Below are positions 57,184 through 64,000 of a stretch of 64,000 bases of DNA, in pieces. Every line of letters begins with the position of its first letter. Positions within the stretch are counted from its first letter, which is position 1. This DNA is from a virus: IMG/VR virus record IMGVR_UViG_3300049178_000049. One strand, 5' to 3'. The notes beneath the pieces were generated by a model, which saw only the letters and a list, made by a program, of their open reading frames with translations, had not been told where the DNA came from and did no database searches. A program made the translations under genes and the position numbers.

Positions 57184-58154
57184 ACTCCTCGCCCCGTCGC
57201 ATCTACCTGCCCGTGGTCGGCGCCACCCCGCCCGTAGCGGTAGCCCAGCGCATCGCCGCCGCCGAACTCGACGAGCCCCGGTGCATCTGGTGTGATCGGC
57301 CGCGCTCTCGACATGCTCAGGCCGTCGATCTGGGGGACGGGACCTCGATGATACCCGCGTGCGAACTCATCAATGGTGGCGGGAAGTACCCCGGCGACCG
57401 ACGAGCCGCGCAGGCGCCGTCAACCGGTCCCAGGATCCGTCCGCTGTCCGCGCGCATGGCGATCGCCGAGTCCCTGACGCTGCGCGATGCCATGGAGATC
57501 GCTGGCTCGCTGGGCGAACCCAGCAAGATGCCCGGGGCCTCCTACGGCCTCGACGCTTTCCAGTGCCGCACCGGATCACGCTTGGCACCGGACCCGGCCT
57601 CGACGTGTCATGGTTGCTACGCCCGCAAGAACTTCTACCGGACGTGGCGCCCCGCTCGCATCGCGCGCGCGCGCCGCGAGGCAGGTATCCTCCACGCCTA
57701 CTGGATCGAGGCGATGATCGCCATGATCTGGCACTACGTTGGCGCGGGCGGAGAACCGGCTTTCCGCTGGCACGACAGCGGGGATCTGCACGGTCCCTGG
57801 CACCTGGCCGCGATCTGCGCGGTGGCCGAGGCTACCCCGGATGTCCGCCACTGGCTCCCCACGCGCGAGTATGACGATGTGGCTACGTTCCTTCGCGCTG
57901 GCGGGAAGATCCCGACTAACCTGACCGTGCGGCTGTCGGCACACTACATCGGCAGGCCGGTGAGCCCAGCAGATCTTCCTGTGGAACTCCTGGGGCTCCC
58001 TACCTCGACGACGCACCACAAGGGCGAGGCGCCGCCCATCCGGCAGAAGGGCGCCATCGTGTGCCACGCCATCGACTCAGCGGTGAACATGTGCAGGAAG
58101 TGCAGGGCCTGCTGGGATGGCAGGGTGACGAACGTCTCGTATAGGATGCACTAA
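57180..58154 (+). CDS. GP88-like Fe-S protein
   Basis: SKMPG...C..G.....C..CYA...FRWHDSGD...C..C..CW. Confidence 0.75.
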   Translation: MNSSPRRIYLPVVGATPPVAVAQRIAAAELDEPRCIWCDRPRSRHAQAVDLGDGTSMIPACELINGGGKYPGDRRAAQAPSTGPRIRPLSARMAIAESLTLRDAMEIAGSLGEPSKMPGASYGLDAFQCRTGSRLAPDPASTCHGCYARKNFYRTWRPARIARARREAGILHAYWIEAMIAMIWHYVGAGGEPAFRWHDSGDLHGPWHLAAICAVAEATPDVRHWLPTREYDDVATFLRAGGKIPTNLTVRLSAHYIGRPVSPADLPVELLGLPTSTTHHKGEAPPIRQKGAIVCHAIDSAVNMCRKCRACWDGRVTNVSYRMH

Positions 58155-58168
58155 AAGGAGTTCGGGAG

Positions 58169-58432
58169 ATGCCACGACTTCACGGGCACTGGAGCAGAGA
58201 CGACAGCACCGGAGATCTGCAAACTCTCCACGTTATCGAGGCTGCGAAAGGCGATTGGGATCGGCGTCGTGACCTGAAATTCGACCGTCATGGCGACGTA
58301 GTTCTGGTGACGATCCTCGATAAGGGGGGCGCACCCGAGACCCAAAATCTGCCACTGGACCACGCAGCCTTGGAGTTGCTCCACGAGAAACTGGGCGAGT
58401 ACCTGAAGCAGATGATGGCAGGGTCACGATGA
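58169..58432 (+). CDS. Hypothetical protein
   Basis: AAGGAG RBS. Confidence 0.6.
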   Translation: MPRLHGHWSRDDSTGDLQTLHVIEAAKGDWDRRRDLKFDRHGDVVLVTILDKGGAPETQNLPLDHAALELLHEKLGEYLKQMMAGSR

Positions 58433-58857
58433 CGAAGGTGATTAAGGCGAACGGCAACGAGGATCTCAAGGGGGCGGCAGACCTGCTCAAGCGGTGTACC
58501 GGCGGCGACGGTGTGTTCACATGGCACCCAGTGAACCTGACGTGGAAGGCATGGAAGGCCAAGCTCAGCACGTCAGGCCATGATCCGCGTGATCGCGATC
58601 CGAACTATCCAACGCATTCGGGCACGCTGCTCCGCACCGAGCGCGGCGTGTTCGGCTGCGGGTCGATCGGGACGTTCTTCGCTGGCACGAAAAGGGCAGA
58701 CGGCTCCATTGATCGCTTGGGTGCCTCCCTTGACCAGCACCTGGATGTCGATGCCGAGATCATCCTTGAGTACGCCGACCCGGACTACGGCAAGCACGGG
58801 TGTCATCGCGATGCAACCACTGGCGCCATCGTGTGCAGGTGTCCAGATGAGTGGTGA
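58429..58857 (+). CDS. Hypothetical protein
   Basis: ATGA overlap. Confidence 0.55.
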   Translation: MTKVIKANGNEDLKGAADLLKRCTGGDGVFTWHPVNLTWKAWKAKLSTSGHDPRDRDPNYPTHSGTLLRTERGVFGCGSIGTFFAGTKRADGSIDRLGASLDQHLDVDAEIILEYADPDYGKHGCHRDATTGAIVCRCPDEW

Positions 58858-59218
58858 CATGGTGCGCATCCTGGCCTGCGGAACGCATGGCCAGACCATG
58901 TGGCAAGGCCACATCATGTGCGACGGCTGCGGGGAGACGTACCAGACCAGAGAGCCGAAGAAGGCGCGTTTTGCTCCTGAGGTCTGCCGGTGCGGTCAAA
59001 GGCTCATGCCACCGCCGGAAATCGCCATCGGCGGCGATCTGCTGGGCGCGCATGCGACGGGATTGGCGATTCATCCCGATGGAACCATCGAACCGATGAT
59101 GCCCCATGATGGCGCCGACTGGACCGCGCGACCGATCTGCTACCTGTGCTTCCGCAAGGTAGCCAAGAAGTTCGGCGGGCGTCTCCCTGTCGAGCGGATC
59201 CGAGGACTGGCAAATTGA
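58847..59218 (+). CDS. Zn-ribbon hypothetical protein
   Basis: CDGC, CRC, CYLC. Confidence 0.55.
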   Translation: MSGDMVRILACGTHGQTMWQGHIMCDGCGETYQTREPKKARFAPEVCRCGQRLMPPPEIAIGGDLLGAHATGLAIHPDGTIEPMMPHDGADWTARPICYLCFRKVAKKFGGRLPVERIRGLAN

Positions 59219-59806
59219 AGCGCCAGCGCAGCCACAGGCGGCACCGCCGCCGCGATGCCGGCAGGAGAGCGGTCAGGCGTTGGTTGTGCGCGCTTGATCG
59301 AATGGGCGTGCCCTTGGAAATCCTGTTCGGCCCGCTCATTCTCTGGTGTGGCCGATGAGCAACTGCGGCAACTGCAGGGGAACCATGCTGGGCGTGGTGC
59401 GGGGCGTCCTCGATTTTCCAGGCGGCGAGTACGCGCTTTGTGCGCGGTGCCTGGGGCCGGACGCCGTCAAGCCTGTGCGCTCGCCTGAGTTGGTGGCCGA
59501 GGTCCTGCGGCACATCGCCGAGATCCGTAGTACAGGCAGCATCCAACGCTCCGGGAGTGGCGATCCCCAACGACGGAAGAAAGCGCGATGATGAGTGACA
59601 GGCAGCGGCGAGCGCGACTTCGCCTGATCCGAAAACTGGTCGAGGGTCCATCGGAGCCCGACATGGCGGTCCTGGACACGTACCAAGCCAATGACGAAGA
59701 CACCCTGGCCATCGCGGAAGGCACCAGCCAGCAGGCCGGCGCCCAATGGATCGCGATGAAAAGGGGCCAGATCGATTCGTGTCCACGCTTGAAGTAAGGA
59801 GATCGA

Positions 59807-60643
59807 ATGAAACTCTCGGTCAGGAAGCGATGGGGCTTCGTGCACGTGCGCGGAGGACGCGTTCTCACGGTCAGCCACGACCACCAGATCTCAACATCTA
59901 CCTTCGACCGCCAAGCCGACGAGGCGATGGCCCCGACCCCGGAGTCCTCGCTCCGGCTGGGCGCGAAGCCCAACCAGAAGCGAACGTTCGATGCCAAGTG
60001 GGTCACTGCGAAGGTCGGCGATCTCGCGGTCGAGATCGTCGTGCAGAAGACGGGCAAGATCCTCGGATACACCTATCTCTGCGGCGATGCGATCAACGTG
60101 GTCCGCTATGTGAACGAGGGCGAATCGGAGCGAGTGGCGTCATGGTTCACGCTTGGCCGAGGTATGCGCTTCACCATTCCGCTGGAACTCGAGCTCGAGC
60201 CGTTCATCGCTGCCGTGATGGGCATCAAGTACAGCGGAGCGGACGTTGCCTGCGCGCGTCTTGAGGTGTCCGATGACGTCTACATGGAGGCCGCGTTGAA
60301 TGGCCTACTGGCCGCCTACGCCTACGAAGCGGATGGCACCGAGGCAACAACGCACATGATGGTGAGCGCCTTCGTTCGCAAGCCGAAGTGCATGGGCACG
60401 GTCCACTGCCAGCCGAAGAAGCACGCCCAGGACTTCGCTGCCCAGCCGTTCCTTCACGAGTTGCTGCTGTCCAGCCCAGAACTGATCGACCATCCGTTCG
60501 TAGCGCCGCCCGGTCCTGCCATCGAACCGCCGATCGGGATCCCCGGGATGAGAAGCACGATCATGGTTCCCTACTGGTTCACAATCGCGTTTCTCTTCGG
60601 TTGCATCGGTGCGCGCGTGGACTTCAGGCGTGTGTCATCTTGA
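59807..60643 (+). CDS. Hypothetical protein
   Basis: AGGAG RBS; 278 aa. Confidence 0.65.
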   Translation: MKLSVRKRWGFVHVRGGRVLTVSHDHQISTSTFDRQADEAMAPTPESSLRLGAKPNQKRTFDAKWVTAKVGDLAVEIVVQKTGKILGYTYLCGDAINVVRYVNEGESERVASWFTLGRGMRFTIPLELELEPFIAAVMGIKYSGADVACARLEVSDDVYMEAALNGLLAAYAYEADGTEATTHMMVSAFVRKPKCMGTVHCQPKKHAQDFAAQPFLHELLLSSPELIDHPFVAPPGPAIEPPIGIPGMRSTIMVPYWFTIAFLFGCIGARVDFRRVSS

Positions 60644-60735
60644 TGCGCCAACTCGTCGCGCTTGTAGTTCCACCGGCACGCAGGTACCCTTCTTGCCTGA
60701 AGGCGCGTTCTTTCCAGGCCCGCGCCAGGAGCAAC

Positions 60736-61371
60736 ATGGCGAGATCCCGACTACACCGCCGGTACGTCAAGAAGACCTTCAAGGCGAACCCTCCGCTGTT
60801 CACGGACCTCGTGGAGTTCGTGATCCCGGGATTCGGAGGGTTCGCGGCCACCCGGTTCGTGACGCGCGTCGCCATGACCCAGGTCGCGCAGCGAGCGCCA
60901 TCCTGGGGCAAGCACGCCGGGGCGGTCGCCTCGGTCGGCTCGTTCTTGGCGGCATGGTTTCTGGCCCACAAGTGGAAGTGGCTCGAAAAGTGGCACACCC
61001 CCATCGTGGTGGGCTCGGCGATCGCAGCCGGGCAGTCGCTGCTCCAGATCTACGCCCCGAACCTTCTGGGGTGGATCGTGTCGGACGCGACGCCCGAGCT
61101 CGCAGCCGGCACCGCCCAGGCCGCGCTCACCGCGCCGGACCAGCAACTGGCCCAATTGCACCTGCAGCCGACCAACGAGGATCCCAACGAGTTCACCTAC
61201 AACGACTCGTATGACGCCGGACGGTACAACGGCCAGCAGGGTCCAGGCTCCATGAAGGTAGGCCCCTTGCCGCCCAACCAGCCGGTACAATCGCCACCGG
61301 CCACCGACGGTTCAGACTTGGCGATCGATGACGCCATCGGCACCGCGAACCTGGGCGTGTTCGCCAACTAG
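60736..61371 (+). CDS. Paralog of the membrane domain of the Arg-rich core protein
   Basis: Basic leader ending KANP, then FT.L...VIP....F.A.R.V...V.SV.S.L...F...K...G....A..SL....AP aligning with 13033-14514. Confidence 0.75.
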   Translation: MARSRLHRRYVKKTFKANPPLFTDLVEFVIPGFGGFAATRFVTRVAMTQVAQRAPSWGKHAGAVASVGSFLAAWFLAHKWKWLEKWHTPIVVGSAIAAGQSLLQIYAPNLLGWIVSDATPELAAGTAQAALTAPDQQLAQLHLQPTNEDPNEFTYNDSYDAGRYNGQQGPGSMKVGPLPPNQPVQSPPATDGSDLAIDDAIGTANLGVFAN

Positions 61372-61383
61372 GAGGTTCCACGC

Positions 61384-61728
61384 ATGTCCTACTTCCGCAG
61401 GCAGCGAGCGCTCTCCGGGGTCTCGACGACCTTCCCAGTCCACCGGAAGTCGCGCGTCCCGTTCGGCGCGCTGGGATCACTGGGCGATGACACGACAGGC
61501 GCAACCTCCATTACCGTTCCGACGCTGCCAGCGCCCGCCCCGGACCCGGCCAGTTTACAGTGGCAAGCGAACGTCCTGTCGCAGCTTCAGGCGGGCGTCG
61601 CCACCTTGCAGAAGGCCGAGCTCCAGAAGTGGCTCCAGATCATCGCCACCGTCTCCATCCCCCTGTCGGCGGCGATCTGGAAGATGATCTTCAAGAAGGG
61701 GGCCCAGAACATCTCGACCGGGGTGTAG
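61384..61728 (+). CDS. Tail-anchored putative virion membrane protein
   Basis: MSYFRRQR...GALGSLGDD; TM plus KK. Confidence 0.8.
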   Translation: MSYFRRQRALSGVSTTFPVHRKSRVPFGALGSLGDDTTGATSITVPTLPAPAPDPASLQWQANVLSQLQAGVATLQKAELQKWLQIIATVSIPLSAAIWKMIFKKGAQNISTGV

Positions 61729-61875
61729 GTCGCTCGGTCCCGGCAGATCACGACCGTAGACAGCGTGCCGCACGATGCTCTAGATGAGAGCGCGCTAATT
61801 GTCCACAGTATCATGCGGCGCAAGCCATAATGCGGGTTCGCCGAGCCATCCATCGAATCGGCAAGGAGAGCGACA

Positions 61876-62364
61876 ATGAAGACGTTCATGATTGCTGTAT
61901 GTCTGCTAGGTGCATGCGCGATTACTCCGCGTGAGTCTGCGCTGAATCAGTCGATCACCACGACTACATATTGCGACCCCATAACTGGACTTTGCTGGGA
62001 AGAAGAAGTATCACCGACCGGTGGCGGGGGCGGTGGTGGAGGTGGTGTCGCTGTCAATGGGGTGTTCGCCTGCGCATATTCCACCGCAGTGTACGATTGC
62101 GGGGTGTACCAAGGGTTCGCGGCAAGCGGTAGCAACTCGTACCTGACTGGCGATGTCATATTCAGCGCTGAGGGCGACCCTAACTTCCAGCCAAATCTTG
62201 GCTACTCGGTCACATGCGCGATTGCGTCGGGCCCCGCCTATTCCTACGACTTGGCGCAATGCATCCTGAGACAGGGGCCGCATCACTGGACCTGCGACAT
62301 TTCGCGCGGAGAAATGTGGTCCACGTGCTGTCTCGGAAGTTCCGTCTGCGCCCCGACGAGTTGA
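61876..62364 (+). CDS. Cys-rich lipoprotein
   Basis: Lipobox LGAC; many Cys; distinct codon usage. Confidence 0.65.
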   Translation: MKTFMIAVCLLGACAITPRESALNQSITTTTYCDPITGLCWEEEVSPTGGGGGGGGGVAVNGVFACAYSTAVYDCGVYQGFAASGSNSYLTGDVIFSAEGDPNFQPNLGYSVTCAIASGPAYSYDLAQCILRQGPHHWTCDISRGEMWSTCCLGSSVCAPTS

Positions 62365-62420
62365 TTCTCACGGCGTCGGCCCGGCGGTACTTGGACACCG
62401 CTCCATGATAGGCTTCTTTC

Positions 62421-63269
62421 ATGGCGCGCATCCCACCATCTGCATCTGCCCTCCCATCCAACCGCCAGCCCCGCGAGGATGGCACCAAGTACCGAGTCCG
62501 AGATCGTGAAGGCGATCCGCCCAAGGTGTGGGACGACGGCGACGGCCAGGGGTTGACGTACCAGCAGGCGCTCGTCGCGCGCGACCGCGTGAGCGCCTCG
62601 AAGAGGAGTCGCAGCATGGTGATCGAGCCGATGCCGAACGCTGATCAAGTCGGCGCCCATGACCTGTCGTTCGCCCCGGAGGTCTTGTGCGACGGACCCC
62701 CTGGTTGTCTCGCGGCGACCGCCAAGCCCCCGGGCCAGTCTGGAACCGACTACCAGATAGCGGCGCCGCTGGCTCCGACGCAGATCCAGGGCGACGGCGT
62801 GGTCAGTTCGATTCCGACTGGGCATCAGTTGCTGGTGAACGGTCAACTGCAGCCGGTGCCGACTCGAGTCCACAAGGGCGACACCGTGGAGTGCCGCTCC
62901 TTGGCCCAAGAACTTGCCTCCGCTCGCGCAGCGGCCTCCGCAGCGGTTGCCCAGGTCATTCAGGCGAAGCGCCGCATCCCGATGGATGTGACGGTGCGCC
63001 AGCCCGCGCCCCGCGTCGCCCCGCCACCACCGGATCGCACAGTGTCGAGCAGGCCGGTCGTGGTGCGACTGGGCGCGCCCACGCCGACACCGCCCAAGCC
63101 GCTGCCGTCGCCGCTCAAGGTCGCCACGCTCGAAGACGGGGATGTCCTGCCGGATGACGCGCTCACCGACGCGGATCTGCCAGATATCGCCGGCGACCTG
63201 GGCGGCGGCCCCAGCGACGCGGATGTCGAGCATGCCAGGAAGCAGGCCGAGACAGAGCGGGCAAGGTGA
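62421..63269 (+). CDS. Pro-rich hypothetical protein
   Basis: 282-aa ORF, plausible. Confidence 0.6.
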   Translation: MARIPPSASALPSNRQPREDGTKYRVRDREGDPPKVWDDGDGQGLTYQQALVARDRVSASKRSRSMVIEPMPNADQVGAHDLSFAPEVLCDGPPGCLAATAKPPGQSGTDYQIAAPLAPTQIQGDGVVSSIPTGHQLLVNGQLQPVPTRVHKGDTVECRSLAQELASARAAASAAVAQVIQAKRRIPMDVTVRQPAPRVAPPPPDRTVSSRPVVVRLGAPTPTPPKPLPSPLKVATLEDGDVLPDDALTDADLPDIAGDLGGGPSDADVEHARKQAETERAR

Positions 63270-63451
63270 ATATGTCGCGTCCAACCCCGCCAGTCGCCTA
63301 TGCTGTCGCAACCGAGCACTGCACGAAGTGCGGGACCACGCCGGGCACATCCTGCAAGGTCGAGATCTTCGGCCGACTGACTGACGGCGCCCACCGGAAG
63401 CGGCTTGATGCTGCTCTTGAACTCCCCGGGCGGCGGTAGTACGTTCGACCC

Positions 63452-63808
63452 ATGGCATTCACCGGCACCGCTACCATCAAGCAGATCTCCGACCGTATCG
63501 TCCGGATCACGGGACTGTCGCTGGCCGGAAGTGCCAGCGGAACGATCGGCCTTCATGGGGCAACAGGCACCCCGCCCGATGTTACGCTCCCGATCACCTT
63601 CCAGCCCAGCGTGTACACGTACGGCAATCCGGGTTCCGAGGTACCGCTGGCCGATTCTGTGCAGATCGTGACCCAGAACACCGGGTCCGGAAGCATCGAC
63701 GTCAGCAAGACCGGGACGACCGCAGCTGATTTCCGCATCAGTCTGCACAACACGAGCGGATCGGCCACAGCGAACTCCCTCGAGATGTACATCTCGTTCC
63801 ACGACTGA
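63452..63808 (+). CDS. Small beta-rich putative structural protein
   Basis: MAFTGTATIKQ; Thr/Ser/Gly-rich beta pattern. Confidence 0.6.
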   Translation: MAFTGTATIKQISDRIVRITGLSLAGSASGTIGLHGATGTPPDVTLPITFQPSVYTYGNPGSEVPLADSVQIVTQNTGSGSIDVSKTGTTAADFRISLHNTSGSATANSLEMYISFHD

Positions 63809-63813
63809 GTGCG

Positions 63814-63999
63814 TCAGTCGAGTTGGACGGTGAGCGACGCCATCGGCTCTCGCGGGATGAGGTCGTCCCAGGAATAGGCGTAGCGACCGATGTGTAGGAG
63901 TCGCGGTCTGGTGTCGACATGGATCGGAATGCCGGCCTGAGCTAGGCGGTGGCAGAACGACCAGTCCTCGGCAAGGTAGCGGGTTACGCTACCTTCGAC
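63814..63999 (-). CDS. C-terminus of a GT2-like glycosyltransferase (partial)
   Basis: My translation: YLAEDWSFCHRL..AGIPI.VD....L.H.G. Confidence 0.7.
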   Translation of the reverse strand, partial: VEGSVTRYLAEDWSFCHRLAQAGIPIHVDTRPRLLHIGRYAYSWDDLIPREPMASLTVQLD

Positions 64000-64000
64000 G

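Larger units (their letters stand above)
1..64000. mobile_element. Segment of a large temperate bacteriophage/provirus, probably tailless and membrane-containing with jelly-roll capsid proteins
   Basis: Continuous phage-like gene content, overlapping start/stop codons, tyrosine recombinase, replication initiator, peptidoglycan hydrolases, many small membrane proteins. No host core genes and no HK97/tail genes. Element ends are not visible. Confidence 0.85.

Noticed and set aside
1-64000. CRISPR array, tRNA or rRNA genes
   Set aside because: No regularly spaced repeat-spacer units or cloverleaf recognised
1-64000. Eukaryotic virus (NCLDV, adenovirus or Polinton) origin
   Set aside because: Shine-Dalgarno sites, coupled operons, DnaA boxes, lipoboxes and peptidoglycan enzymes indicate a bacterial host

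Overview
The whole window is high-GC, gene-dense, virus-like DNA. I found no host housekeeping genes, rRNA, tRNA or CRISPR array. It looks like part of a large (over 64 kb) temperate bacterial virus that is probably tailless with an internal membrane. No terminase, portal, HK97 capsid or tail genes are recognisable. Two adjacent beta-rich ~200-aa proteins (11551-12885) look like single jelly-roll capsid subunits, and a third capsid paralog sits at 1684-2436. Next to them are an extremely Arg-rich core/membrane protein and about 20 proteins with a C-terminal membrane anchor, most sharing a basic leader that ends in (L/M/V)-G-D. A transglutaminase-like Cys protease is encoded in the same operon. 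The left 26 kb is mostly minus strand (virion module); from 26.3 kb onward genes are mostly plus strand. That arm carries a C5 methyltransferase with an overlapping second-subunit ORF, a ParB-like protein, two J-domain proteins, a lytic transglycosylase and a kinase-integrase-phosphatase cluster. It also carries a lambda-O-like replication initiator with internal DnaA boxes, a sliding-clamp-like protein, DUF5131 and GP88-like proteins, and a repeat-rich spike. A 15-bp quasi-palindrome (CTTTCCACTGGCAAG) is scattered across the window and overlaps the parB promoter. All family assignments come from motif recognition by eye, not database searches; the capsid call in particular needs structure prediction.
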